From Mycobacteriales bacterium (lineage in GTDB: Bacteria; Actinomycetota; Actinomycetes; Mycobacteriales; SCTD01), in assembly GCA_035526225.1 (NCBI GenBank), contig DATLCV010000088.1, positions 4,404 through 68,403 on the forward strand: 64,000 bases of DNA, given 5' to 3'. Made by a program: the position numbers and the translations under genes. This document shows, piece by piece, positions 51,901 through 60,449 of this stretch (positions are counted from its first letter, which is position 1; each line of letters begins with the position of its first letter). The notes beneath the pieces were generated by a model. The model did not search any database. It was given only the letters and a program-made list of their open reading frames with translations, and was not told where the DNA came from.

Positions 51901-52155
51901 GGCCTCGCGCAGGAGCTCCGCGCTGCCGTCCGTGCTGCCTGTGTCCACGCACACCACGCGGGCAGGCGCGCGGGTCGAGGCGGCCAGGGCGGCCAGTGCC
52001 GTCGGGAGCCACTCGGCGCCGTCGTGCGCCACCAGCACGGCCAGCACGTCCACCGTGGACGGCTTGCGCGGGGTGCGGCGCCGCTCGGGGCGCCGAGCCG
52101 TCGTCGGCGTCGGGGCGGCGGGGTCGGGGATCGGCTGCTTGGAACGCGGTGGCAT
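48928..52155 (-). CDS. family-2 glycosyltransferase fused to a large polytopic membrane domain
   Basis: The N-terminal GT2 region has VLAVLVAHDGAEWLP, VDTGSTDGS and WLLHDDVAVEP. About 750 aa with many hydrophobic helices follow. The start is uncertain because ATG 52155 has no obvious RBS. Confidence 0.85.
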   Translation of the reverse strand: MPPRSKQPIPDPAAPTPTTARRPERRRTPRKPSTVDVLAVLVAHDGAEWLPTALAALAASTRAPARVVCVDTGSTDGSAELLREAYGTVLELPRTTGYGAAVAAALASLGAEEPVPAWVWLLHDDVAVEPTTLEKLLEHASESPSAAVLGPKVRDWHDDRYLVEIGFTTDAAGHRETGLEHGEHDQGQHDAIRDVLAVGTAAALVRREVWDLVGGLDPALTVFRDDLDLGWKVNAAGHRVVVVPGARVRHVRAATTGHRTTDAAPGRASSTDRRHALYVLLAHAGGLRLAGLLPRLLVATVLRSLVLLVTRQPAGAADEWRALVAVLGHPVRLHRARQRRASTRAVSQRALRPLFASRAVRIRARLGAVGDWVSGGTPAASPFGGPLSEPSPDGSDAYDAYSQAGPGLLRTLLLRPGVLLFLGLVAVALVAERSVLAIHGGSLHGGALLPPPPGAADLWASYAASWHDVSVGTRAAAPPATAALALLSSVLLGKPWLAVDTLLLASVPLAGLTAYLAASRVVRHLYLRLWVAATWALLPVATGAVAAGRLDAAAVQIGLPLLALAGAHVLLLDPGERGWWRVWGLGLALAVTSAFAPLLWPLAAVVLLVGAGVLLRRGRTTRAVAAVVVALVPAAVLFPWSFAALGEPSLLVAGQQPADQSLPAWHLVLLGPGGPGVPVALITAGVLLAALAGLMRASFQRLALAAWGVGLLGLVLAAVLARTQVLGRVSWPGVPLQVTGLFLLVAAIVAGHGARRQLAGHSFGWRQVAAVVTAALAAATPVVAAAAWVVRGADDPLRRGGTDVLPAFARAEVESTPGLRALALVPRGDGRLGYAVLRGGALTTELAGLRPLADQRQALDRVVADLASPRGSDAAEALATRAIRYVVLRSGPGADTVTAALDAQPGLVRRTAGSVDLWRVVAPSNRLSLLPPSLAERALAGDRAPGLDALRLAPPTPLVAGREGASVTLPSGEPGRLLVLADAREGGWRASVDGRELPRRTAWGWAQAFEAPAGGGRLELTHAQSGRQAALVTQLVATLAVLLLAVPAGRRRTGLEDDVDVEDDVSDARRTRAAL

Positions 52156-52259
52156 GGAGGAAGGACCGTCGAATCAGCGATGGGGGGCGCGCCTCGGACG
52201 GCGCACCCGTCGGCCGGGCGAGCCCAGCCTAGCGACCTGCTGGGCCCCTCCGGACGGGG

Positions 52260-52529
52260 TCAGACAGCCTGGCGCTTGAGCCGACGGCGCTCGCGCTCCG
52301 ACAGCCCGCCCCAGATGCCGAACCGCTCGTCCTGCATGAGCGCGTACTCCAGGCACTCCTGCTTGACCTCGCAGCTCACGCAGATGCGCTTTGCCTCGCG
52401 GGTGGAGCCGCCCTTCTCCGGGAAGAAGGACTCCGGGTCCGTCTGGGCGCAGAGGGCCTTGTCCTGCCACGAGAGCAGCGTCTCGTCCGCCTCGTCGGTC
52501 CCCGTCGTCATCACGACCAGCTCGATCAT
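52260..52529 (-). CDS. whiB: WhiB-family [4Fe-4S] transcriptional regulator (WhiB/WhiB2 orthologue type)
   Basis: AGGAGG precedes ATG 52529. The sequence WQDKALCAQTDPESFFPEKGGSTREAKRICVSCEVKQECLEYAL...FGIWGGLSERERRRLKR has four Cys plus the GIWGG turn. It closely resembles Streptomyces WhiB as I recall it. Confidence 0.93.
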   Translation of the reverse strand: MIELVVMTTGTDEADETLLSWQDKALCAQTDPESFFPEKGGSTREAKRICVSCEVKQECLEYALMQDERFGIWGGLSERERRRLKRQAV

Positions 52530-52625
52530 CACGCCTCCTGCGGTGGTGCCGCTACCGGTGCAGCGAGCTCGTGTCGCGGCGAGGTACGGGGTCCGTCCAC
52601 GCGCCGGGGGAACGACATGCACAGA

Positions 52626-52654
52626 ATTACACGCGTGTCGTCCTCGCTCGTCAA
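52626..52654 (-). promoter_or_regulatory. candidate housekeeping-sigma promoter of whiB (-35 TTGACG, 17-nt spacer, -10 TGTAAT)
   Basis: The minus strand reads ccccccTTGACGagcgaggacgacacgcgTGTAATtctgt in a local AT-rich patch. This would give a leader of ~90 nt before the whiB ATG at 52529. Confidence 0.4.
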
Positions 52655-52692
52655 GGGGGGTGCGTGCTAACGACCGACCTGTCTCGCGCAGG

Positions 52693-55131
52693 TCAGGGTC
52701 TCTTCCGGCGGAACAGCCGACGTCCGTCGTCCCCGGGAGCTGCCGGTGGGCGCGGTGCGGCGACGCCTTGCGCGGCTGTCGGGGCAGCGGCGGGAGGAGG
52801 TGGCGTCGGCCGCTCGGGCTCTCGCGCCGGGCTCGGCGAGGGTGCTGAGGCCGCGTCGATGGCGGTCGACGGGCTGGGTACGACGGGCATCTCCCCCACC
52901 GACGCCCGCTTCACCGCCTTCGGGGGGGCAGCCCTCGGGGGGGCAGCCTTCGGGGGCGTCACCTTCACGGGTGTCGCCGCCGCGTCGGGAGCAGCCGTCA
53001 TGGACGTCACCTTCGCCACCGACGTCCTCGCGACGGCCTCGTTGGTTACGGCCTTGTTGGTTACGGCCTTGTTGGTTACGGCCTTGTTGGTTACGGGCTT
53101 GTTGGTTACGGGCTTGTTGGCTACGGGCTTGTTGGCCGCGGCCTTCGGCGCCGGCGGCTTCGCGGCAAGCGGCTTCTGCGCTGCCGGCTTCTTGGCTGGT
53201 GCCTGCCTGGCCACGGGCTGCTTGGCCACCGGGTGCTTGGGCACCGGCTTCTTGGCTGGCGCCTTCTTGGCTACCTGCTTCTTGGCTACCTGCTGCTTGG
53301 CCACCGGCTTCTTCGCGGGAGCGGTCTTCGCAGGGGCCGATCGCCGTACCGGCGTCCCCGGAGCCTCGGCGGGCGTGGTCGGGGCACCCGCTCCCAGGGC
53401 CTCGTCGACGAGGGCCGCGAGGCGGACCTTCGCCTCGTCGAGCCCACCGGCTGCCCTCGCCATCTCGGCGAGGACGGCATCGAGCTGGGTGCGGACCTCG
53501 GCGCGCACCTCTCCGACGACGCCCTCGGCACTGGCCCGCGCGGCCGCGGCCGCTTGGTCGAGCCGGGCCGGCCACTCCCCCTGCAACGCCTCGATGCTGC
53601 GGCGGGCCTCGTCGAGCGCAGTGGTCAGCGCGGCGAGCCGCTCGGCCGTCTCGCGCTCGGCGGCCACGGTGCCCCCGTGACCGGCCGCGAGGTCGGCCAG
53701 ACGTGAGGTCACGTGAGCGTGCTGGTCCTCGATGCGGTCCAGGAGCGCCTCGTGCGTCGTACGTGTGCGCTCGGCCTGCGAGCTCGAGAGCTCGTCGAGC
53801 GCTGCGCGCACGGAGTCAGCCGAGACGGTGACGGCGATGGCCACGCGCTCCCGCACGGCCTCGAGCGACTGCTGCAGCTCGGCACGGGCAGCGGCGTCGG
53901 CAGCACCCGCCGCTGAGAGCGTCGCCGCGACCTCCTCCAGGCGGGGTCTCATGCCGCCCATCTCGTCGACGAGGTCGGACCGCGTCTGGTCCAGGCCGCT
54001 GGTGAGCTGGGTCCGCACCGCTTCGAGAGCCGCCTCGAGCGAGCCCTGCAGGGCGTCGCTGCGGGCTGCCAGCCCGGCAGCCCGTTCTTCCTGGGCCTCG
54101 TGCGTCGCCGCAGCCGCGCCGAGGAAGCGCTCAGCGACGTCGTCGAGCTCGGTCGTGATGTCCTCACGCGTCTGCGCGAGCACGTCGGCGACCTTGGCCT
54201 CGAGGGTCGAGATTGCCTGCGCCTGCTGAGATCCGGCGCTCTTCTGCGCATCCACCAGGAGGGCCACCTGGTTGCGCGTGGCCTCGGTCTCGGCCGACAC
54301 CCGCTCGAGCATGTCCATCAGCTCGCGGCGCAGCTGCTCGTTGCGGTTGCGCGTCGCGTCGACCAGCGACAGGGAGAGCGCGTCGAGGCGCGACTCGGTC
54401 ACGTCCCGCAACCGCGCGACGATCCGCTCGACCTGCTCGCCGGCCATGGCGTCGAGGCGCTGCTCGATCGTCACGAGGGACGTGCTCATCTCCCGCACCT
54501 GATCCCGCACGGTGTGCACGCCGTCGCGCGCGACGGCCTCGAGCCGCTCGGCGAGGGCGTCGAGGGTGTCCTCCAGCATCGCCATCCGCGACTCGAGGGA
54601 GGACCGCGCCTCGCTCAGCAGGCCCTGGGTCGTCGCCGCCTGGTCCGCCTCGCGCTCGAGGGCGGCGGCGACCGTGCGCCGCACCTCCCCGGTGACCGCT
54701 TCGACCCGCGTGCCGATGGACTCCGAGAGCTTCCCGGTGAGCTCGTCGAGCTTCACCCCGGTGCGCACGGGCACCAGCTCCAGCGCGTCGCGTACCTCGC
54801 GGCTCAGTCCGGGCAGGTCGGAGCGCATCTCGTCGATGCGGGAGCTCACGCCGTCGACGAGGGTGACGAGGTCGGCGACGCGGCGGGCCAACGCGCTGGT
54901 CTCGCTGCGGCTCGCCGCCATCGCGCCTGTGACCCGCCCCGAGACGCCGTCGACCTCCGTGCGGAGGGTGCCGAGCTCACTGCGGAGCCCCACGAGGTCG
55001 GCGCGCATGGCAGCCACCTCGCCGCGCACAGCGGCCACTGGGGTGCCACTGGCCGGCGCGTCGCTCTCGGGCTCGTCACCGACGAGCGCGGCGAGCTCCT
55101 CGAGGCGACGCGACAGCGGGTTGGGTTCCAC
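52693..55131 (-). CDS. large alpha-helical-repeat (coiled-coil/apolipoprotein-like) protein with Lys/Pro/Ala-rich pentapeptide-repeat tail
   Basis: GTG at 55131 has AAGGAG 5 nt upstream (an alternative GTG is at 55149). About 590 aa are rich in Ala/Leu/Glu/Arg/Val/Asp and almost free of Pro and Gly runs. Next comes AKKPVAKQQVAKKQVAKKAPAKKPV...NKPVTNKPVTNKAVTNKAVTNKAVTN, then a Pro/Ala-rich end. Confidence 0.8.
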   Translation of the reverse strand: MEPNPLSRRLEELAALVGDEPESDAPASGTPVAAVRGEVAAMRADLVGLRSELGTLRTEVDGVSGRVTGAMAASRSETSALARRVADLVTLVDGVSSRIDEMRSDLPGLSREVRDALELVPVRTGVKLDELTGKLSESIGTRVEAVTGEVRRTVAAALEREADQAATTQGLLSEARSSLESRMAMLEDTLDALAERLEAVARDGVHTVRDQVREMSTSLVTIEQRLDAMAGEQVERIVARLRDVTESRLDALSLSLVDATRNRNEQLRRELMDMLERVSAETEATRNQVALLVDAQKSAGSQQAQAISTLEAKVADVLAQTREDITTELDDVAERFLGAAAATHEAQEERAAGLAARSDALQGSLEAALEAVRTQLTSGLDQTRSDLVDEMGGMRPRLEEVAATLSAAGAADAAARAELQQSLEAVRERVAIAVTVSADSVRAALDELSSSQAERTRTTHEALLDRIEDQHAHVTSRLADLAAGHGGTVAAERETAERLAALTTALDEARRSIEALQGEWPARLDQAAAAARASAEGVVGEVRAEVRTQLDAVLAEMARAAGGLDEAKVRLAALVDEALGAGAPTTPAEAPGTPVRRSAPAKTAPAKKPVAKQQVAKKQVAKKAPAKKPVPKHPVAKQPVARQAPAKKPAAQKPLAAKPPAPKAAANKPVANKPVTNKPVTNKAVTNKAVTNKAVTNEAVARTSVAKVTSMTAAPDAAATPVKVTPPKAAPPRAAPPKAVKRASVGEMPVVPSPSTAIDAASAPSPSPAREPERPTPPPPAAAPTAAQGVAAPRPPAAPGDDGRRLFRRKRP
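53041..53145 (-). repeat. 15-bp tandem repeat, 7 units (first three identical), inside the coiled-coil gene; degenerate 15-nt periodicity continues to ~53335
   Basis: gttggttacggcctt x3, gttggttacgggctt x2, gttggctacgggctt, gttggccgcggcctt. On the coding strand this gives the pentapeptides KAVTN, KPVTN and KPVAN. Confidence 0.92.
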
Positions 55132-55221
55132 GACAGCTCCTTGCGGCACAGGGGGGACGTGCCGAGCGTATCGGCGGGGGCACCGCGTCCCCTTGACCGC
55201 ACGACCGCGAGTTGCCGTGCG

Positions 55222-57717
55222 TCAGGCCAGCAGCGGGAGCTCGCGCACCGGACCTCGTCGCGCGGCCGCGTGCCGCTCTGCCGAGGGCTCGCCGTACAGG
55301 GTGGTGCGCTGGCGCGGGGACCTGCCTGCAGCGAGGACCATGCCCTCGAGCTCCTCGACGCTCTTGCGCGAGCCGTGCTGCGAGCCGGCCATCCGGCTGA
55401 TGGTCTCCTCCATGAGGGTCCCGCCGAGGTCGTCGACACCGCCCGACAGCACCTGGTGGCACTGCTCGACACCCAGCTTGACCCAGCTGCACTGCACGTG
55501 GTCGATGGCGCCGTGCAGCACCAGGCGGGCGGCGGCGTGCACGGCGCGGTTGTCGCGCAGCGTCGGCCCGGGACGCGCGACGCCGGCGAGGTAGAGCGGC
55601 GCGTTCGTGTGCACGAACGGCAGCGGCACGAACTCGGTGAAGCCCCCGGACTCGAGCTGGGTGCGGCGCAGCAGCAGCAGGTGCGCGGCCCAGTGGTGGG
55701 GCGCGTCGACGTGGCCGTACATCATCGTGCTGGTCGTCGGAAGCCCGATCGCGTGCGCCGTCGTGACGACCTCGAGCCACTGCGCGGTGGGGAGCTTGCC
55801 CTTGGTCAGCACCCAGCGGACCTCGTCGTCCAGGATCTCGGCGGCCGTGCCCGGGAGGCTGTCCACGCCGGCGTCGCGCGCCGCCTCGAGGAACTCGCGC
55901 ACGCTGACGCCCATGCGCGCAGCGCCGTTCACGACCTCCATCGGCGAGTACGCGTGCAGGTGGAGCTCCGGTGCGCCCCGCTTCACCGCGCGAGCGAGGT
56001 CGAGGTACGCCGTGCCCGGCAGCTGGGGGTCGATACCGCCCTGCATGCAGACCTCGGTGGCTCCGACCGCCCACGCCTCGGCAGCCCGCTCCTCGACCTC
56101 CTCCAACGACAGCGAGTAGGCGTCGGCGTCGGTACGCCGCTGGGCGAAAGCGCAGAAGCGGCAGCCGGTGTAGCAGATGTTGGTGAAGTTGACGTTGCGG
56201 TTCACGACGAACGAGACCTCGTCGCCGACCGTGTCGCGACGCACGTCGTCGGCGAGGCGGCACACCGCCTCGAGGTCGGCGCCGTCGGCGGTGAGGAGGG
56301 CGAGCGCCTCGCCCTCGGAGTAGGTCCCCGGCTGCCTGCGGAGCGCTGCTGCGACGTCGGAGCCGAGCCGTTGCACCGGTGCCGGCACGGCCGCACGCAC
56401 GGCGTCCCAGTCCCCGTAGACGTCGTCGAAGTCGGTGCGGCGGTCGCTCGTGCGGCCGGTGGTGTCGACCGTGGCGTGCAGGTCTGTCCTGCCGGCGCTG
56501 CGCAACGCGTCGTCGGGCTCCTGCCACGCGATGCCCTGCGGGCACACGTCTCGCGCCAGACCGCGCTCGTCACGCAGCGCCGCGACGTGCGGGGCCAACC
56601 GAGGGTCGAGCCACGGCTCCGACAGGTACGGCGGGTGCGCAGTCAGCCGCTCGGTCAGCACGAAGCCCTTGTCCGCGCTGGCCTTCGCGAGCAGCTCCAG
56701 GTCAGGCCAGGGCCGCTCGGGGTTCACGTGGTCGGGTGTCAAGGGGCTGACACCGCCCCAGTCGTCCACGCCGGCGTCGAGCAGCATGGCTGTCTCGGCG
56801 AGGTCCACGAGGTTCGGCGGGGCCTGCACCCTCATCCGCGGCCCCAGCAGCAGCCTGGCCACCGCGATGGCAGCCAGGAACGTCTCGAGGTCGACGTCGT
56901 CCGTGTGGCGCATCGCGGTGTCGGGCTTGGCGCGGAAGTTCTGGACGATCACCTCCTGCACGTGGCCGTGCCGCTGGTGCGCCGCCTTGATGGCGAGCAG
57001 CGTCTCGGCGCGGTCTCTCGGCGACTCACCGATGCCGACGAGAAGGCCTGTGGTGAAAGGGATGCTGTGGCGTCCTGCGTCCTCGAGCACGCGGAGTCGC
57101 ACCGCAGGCACCTTGTCCGGGCTGCCCTTGTGCGCCGGCACGTCGGCCGTCGTCTCCAGCATCATCCCCATGCTGGGGGCCACCGGCTTGAGGCGCTGCA
57201 GCTCCGACCAGCTCATGACGCCCGGGTTGAGGTGGGGCAGCAGGCCGGTCTCCTCGAGCACGGCAACGGCGGCGGCGCGGACGTAGGCCAGCGTGTCGTC
57301 GTACCCGGCCTCGTCGAGCCACTGCCTGGCCTGCGGCCAGCGCTCCTCGGGACGGTCGCCGAGAGTGAGCAGTGCCTCCTTGCAGCCGAGGGCGGCACCG
57401 CGGCGGGCGATGTCGAGGACCTCGTCGAGCGAGAGGTACGGCGCGGGCAGCTTCGCGGGGCTGGTGGCGAACGTGCAGTAGTGGCAGCGGTCGCGGCACA
57501 GCCGGGTCAGCGGGATGAACACCTTGCGCGAGTAGGTGACGGTGCCGGGTCGGCCCGCGTCGAGCAGCCCCTGGTCACGCACCCGTGCTGCGGCGGCGCA
57601 CAGCTGGACGAGGTCGTCGCCGCGGGCCTGCAGCAGGGTCGTGGCCTCGTCCAGGTCGAGGGCCTTGCCGTCCCGGGCGCGCGCAAGGGCCCGACGCATG
57701 CCGGGCAGCTCGTCCAT
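55222..57717 (-). CDS. fbiC: FO synthase (fused CofG/CofH), F420 biosynthesis
   Basis: 831 aa with two radical-SAM CxxxCxxC motifs: [10 protein letters not shown] and [10 protein letters not shown]. Confidence 0.95.
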   Translation of the reverse strand: MDELPGMRRALARARDGKALDLDEATTLLQARGDDLVQLCAAAARVRDQGLLDAGRPGTVTYSRKVFIPLTRLCRDRCHYCTFATSPAKLPAPYLSLDEVLDIARRGAALGCKEALLTLGDRPEERWPQARQWLDEAGYDDTLAYVRAAAVAVLEETGLLPHLNPGVMSWSELQRLKPVAPSMGMMLETTADVPAHKGSPDKVPAVRLRVLEDAGRHSIPFTTGLLVGIGESPRDRAETLLAIKAAHQRHGHVQEVIVQNFRAKPDTAMRHTDDVDLETFLAAIAVARLLLGPRMRVQAPPNLVDLAETAMLLDAGVDDWGGVSPLTPDHVNPERPWPDLELLAKASADKGFVLTERLTAHPPYLSEPWLDPRLAPHVAALRDERGLARDVCPQGIAWQEPDDALRSAGRTDLHATVDTTGRTSDRRTDFDDVYGDWDAVRAAVPAPVQRLGSDVAAALRRQPGTYSEGEALALLTADGADLEAVCRLADDVRRDTVGDEVSFVVNRNVNFTNICYTGCRFCAFAQRRTDADAYSLSLEEVEERAAEAWAVGATEVCMQGGIDPQLPGTAYLDLARAVKRGAPELHLHAYSPMEVVNGAARMGVSVREFLEAARDAGVDSLPGTAAEILDDEVRWVLTKGKLPTAQWLEVVTTAHAIGLPTTSTMMYGHVDAPHHWAAHLLLLRRTQLESGGFTEFVPLPFVHTNAPLYLAGVARPGPTLRDNRAVHAAARLVLHGAIDHVQCSWVKLGVEQCHQVLSGGVDDLGGTLMEETISRMAGSQHGSRKSVEELEGMVLAAGRSPRQRTTLYGEPSAERHAAARRGPVRELPLLA

Positions 57718-57758
57718 CCCCCGAGGGTACGGAGCGGTGGTGCTGCCAGGATGGGGGG

Positions 57759-58688
57759 ATGCGCATCACGGCCCTGGCGGGGGGCATCGGCGGGGCCCGT
57801 TTCCTCAGGGGGCTCAAGGCCGCCGTACCCGACGCGGACGTCACCGTCATCGCGAACACGGGCGACGACACGACCCTCTACGGGCTGCGGATCTGCCCCG
57901 ACCTGGACACCCTGATGTACACCCTCGGCGGCGGCATCGACGACGAGCGCGGGTGGGGCCGGCTCGACGAGAGCTGGCGCGCCAAGGAGGAGCTCGCGGC
58001 GTACGACTCCCCCACCGCCTGGTTCGGCCTCGGCGACCGCGACCTCGCGACGCACCTTCGCCGTACGCAGCTGATGCTGGGCGGGATGACGCTCACCGAG
58101 GCGACCGCGTCGCTGTGCGAGCGGTGGCAGCCGGGGGTGACGCTGCTGCCGATGAGCGACGGCCAGGCGGAGACCCACGTGACGGTCACCGTCGACGGGG
58201 TCCGCCGCGCGATCCACTTCCAGGAGTGGTGGATCAAGCACCGGGCAGGGCTGCCCGCGGAGTCGATCACGCTCGTGCACCACGGGGACCTGTTGCCCGC
58301 ACCCGGCGTGCTGGAGGCGATCGAGGGAGCGGACCTCGTGCTGCTGCCCCCCTCCAACCCGGTCGTCAGCATCGGCACCATCCTGCAGGTGAAGGGGGTC
58401 CGCGAGGCGCTCGAGGCGCAGCGCGTGGTCGGCCTGTCGCCCATCGTCGGCGGAGCACCGGTCCGCGGGATGGCCGACGCCTGCCTCGACGCGATCGGCG
58501 TCGAGACCTCCGCGGAGGCGGTCGGTCGGCACTACGGCGCGCAGCTGCTGGACGGCTGGCTCGTCGACACCGCCGACGCCGGTACGACGGTCCCCGGCGT
58601 CGAGGTGCGGGCTGTACCGCTTCTCATGACCGACCTGGAGGCCACGGCGGCCATGGCGCGCGCAGCCCTGGAGCTCGCGGGTGCTTGA
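57759..58688 (+). CDS. fbiA: 2-phospho-L-lactate transferase (CofD)
   Basis: ATG at 57759 ([19 protein letters not shown]), followed by VIANTGDD and PSNPVVSIG. Confidence 0.93.
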   Translation: MRITALAGGIGGARFLRGLKAAVPDADVTVIANTGDDTTLYGLRICPDLDTLMYTLGGGIDDERGWGRLDESWRAKEELAAYDSPTAWFGLGDRDLATHLRRTQLMLGGMTLTEATASLCERWQPGVTLLPMSDGQAETHVTVTVDGVRRAIHFQEWWIKHRAGLPAESITLVHHGDLLPAPGVLEAIEGADLVLLPPSNPVVSIGTILQVKGVREALEAQRVVGLSPIVGGAPVRGMADACLDAIGVETSAEAVGRHYGAQLLDGWLVDTADAGTTVPGVEVRAVPLLMTDLEATAAMARAALELAGA

Positions 58689-59961
58689 GGTGCACCCCGT
58701 CCCTGGGCTGCCCGAGGTCCGGCCCGGTGACGACCTGGCGGCCCTGCTGGCGGCAGCCTTCGCGTACGAGGACGGCGACGTCGTCGTGGTGACGAGCAAG
58801 GTCGTGAGCAAGGCCGAGGGCCGGCTGCTGCCTGCGGGCGAGGACCGCGAGCAGGCACGGCTGAAGGCGGTGGACGCGGAGACGCGTCGGGTCGTGGCGC
58901 GGCGGGGGACGACGACCATCGCGGAGACGCACCACGGGTTCGTGCTGGCCGCTGCGGGGGTCGACGCCAGCAACGTCCAGGTGGACGAGATCGCCCTGCT
59001 GCCAGCCGATCCTGATGCCTCGGCGGCCCGGTTGCGCGCGGATCTGGAGCGGCTCACCGGGCGGCGGCTCGGTGTCGTCGTCAGCGACACGATGGGCCGG
59101 CCGTGGCGGGTCGGGCAGACCGACCAGGCGATCGGCGTCGCGGGGCTCGCGCCGGTCCGGGACGGGCGCGGGACGACCGACGCCTTCGGGCAGGTGCTCG
59201 AGGTGACCGAGATCGCCGTGGCCGACGAGCTCGCCGGTGCTGCCGAGCTCGTGAAGGGCAAGGCGGACGGCGTCGCGGCGGCGGTGGTCCGCGGCTGGGA
59301 CCTCGCCGACGACGGGCGAGACGGCCGGGCGCTGCTGCGCGAGGCGTCGCTCGACCTGTTCCGGCTCGGCACCGACGAGGCCCACCGCACGACGCTGTCG
59401 CTGCGCCGGACCGTGCGGTCGTTCACCGAGGCGCCCGTCGACGAGGCGGCGGTGCTGCGCGCCGTCGCCGCCGCGGTCACCGCGCCGGCGCCGCACCACA
59501 CCACACCGTGGCGCTTCGTGCTCGTCCACGAGCGGCGCGAGCAGCTCCTCGACGCGATGCGGGAGCGGTGGGCGGCCGACCTGCGCGCGGACGGCTTCGA
59601 CTCCGCGGCGATTGCCCGCCGGCTCCAGCGGGGCGAGGTGCTCCGGCGTGCGCCGTACCTGGTGGTGCCGTTGCTGGACCTTGCAGGTGCGCACGCCTAC
59701 CCGGACAAGCGACGCTCTGATGCGGAGGAGCGGATGTTCGTCGTCTCCGGCGGCGCGGCCGTGCAGAGCTTCCTGGTGCAGCTGGCGGTCGAGGGGCTCG
59801 GGAGCGCCTGGGTGAGCAGCGCGCTGTTCTGCCCGGACGTGCTGCGCTCGGTGCTCGACGTCGAGGGCGAGCCGCTGGGTGTCGTGGCGATCGGGCACGC
59901 CGCCTCGCCGCCTGCCGAGCGACCGCCGCGGGACCCGTCGGACTTCGTCGTGGAGCGCTGA
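58681..59961 (+). CDS. fbiB: bifunctional F420 gamma-glutamyl ligase / dehydro-F420 reductase (CofE + nitroreductase-like domain)
   Basis: The CofE part reads [15 protein letters not shown]...GVDASN...[11 protein letters not shown]. The C-terminal nitroreductase-like domain reads [12 protein letters not shown]...[10 protein letters not shown]. The start (GTG 58681 or 58690) overlaps or abuts fbiA. Confidence 0.92.
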   Translation: MLEVHPVPGLPEVRPGDDLAALLAAAFAYEDGDVVVVTSKVVSKAEGRLLPAGEDREQARLKAVDAETRRVVARRGTTTIAETHHGFVLAAAGVDASNVQVDEIALLPADPDASAARLRADLERLTGRRLGVVVSDTMGRPWRVGQTDQAIGVAGLAPVRDGRGTTDAFGQVLEVTEIAVADELAGAAELVKGKADGVAAAVVRGWDLADDGRDGRALLREASLDLFRLGTDEAHRTTLSLRRTVRSFTEAPVDEAAVLRAVAAAVTAPAPHHTTPWRFVLVHERREQLLDAMRERWAADLRADGFDSAAIARRLQRGEVLRRAPYLVVPLLDLAGAHAYPDKRRSDAEERMFVVSGGAAVQSFLVQLAVEGLGSAWVSSALFCPDVLRSVLDVEGEPLGVVAIGHAASPPAERPPRDPSDFVVER

Positions 59962-60026
59962 CGTCACGGCGAAGTGCCTGTGGATGCTGGCTTTTTCTGT
60001 CATTGCGGTCTCGTAGGTTGGTCGCA

Positions 60027-60449
60027 ATGCAGGTCAAGACCAAGCCACGGCCGCGTACGGCGTGGCGCGAGCGCGTCTCGGTCCTGGCGGATGCCTCCGG
60101 GGTGCAGCTGGACGGGCTCGGGGAGCTTGTCGAGGCTGAGGTGTCCCGGGTGGAGGGGCTGCTGTTCACGGCCACGCCGACGGAGGACCTCGACGAGATC
60201 AGCCGCTGGCAGCGACTGTCTGATGCGGCGTGGTGCGGGCAGGTCCGCAGCATAGTGGCGGCGTGGAACCGGGCGACCGAGACCGAGCGGGAGTTCCTCG
60301 CCTGCGAGGTGTCGCTAGCGCTATCCATCACCGACGTGGCGGCGCAGGACCTGGTCTGCAGCGCCTGGACCCGACCGGCCCCGCCGACTCGGGCCAACGG
60401 CATGCCCTCTCCTGGCGCACGCACGGGAAGGGCACCTAGCGGGCGTTGA
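60027..60449 (+). pseudogene. truncated 5' remnant of a DUF222 / 13E12-type HNH-endonuclease family gene
   Basis: The segment is lower-GC than its surroundings. The 140-aa ORF reads ...ISRWQRLSDAAWCGQVRSIVAAWNRATETEREFLACEVSLALSITDVAAQDLV and resembles the DUF222 N-terminal region. After ~115 aa the family-like reading continues in another frame (ORF 60230..60439: ...GQRHALSWRTH). No HNH-bearing C-terminal half is present. Confidence 0.45.

Noticed and set aside
48850-52848. 1332-aa ORF on the plus strand
   Set aside because: It is antisense to the GT2 and whiB genes. Its composition is dominated by Arg/Gly/Ala/Pro/His runs with no recognisable motifs. This is a typical GC-driven shadow ORF.
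53041-53335. Possible CRISPR array (regularly spaced repeats)
   Set aside because: The units are only 15 bp, are contiguous with no spacers, and lie in frame inside a coding sequence. This is a coding tandem repeat.
54100-57915. 1271-aa ORF on the plus strand
   Set aside because: It is antisense to the coiled-coil gene and fbiC, both of which have strong motif support. Its translation is low-complexity Arg/Gly/Ala/Val/His.
57507-59504. 665-aa ORF on the minus strand
   Set aside because: It is antisense to fbiA and fbiB. It is Ser/Arg/Ala/Pro-rich with no motifs.
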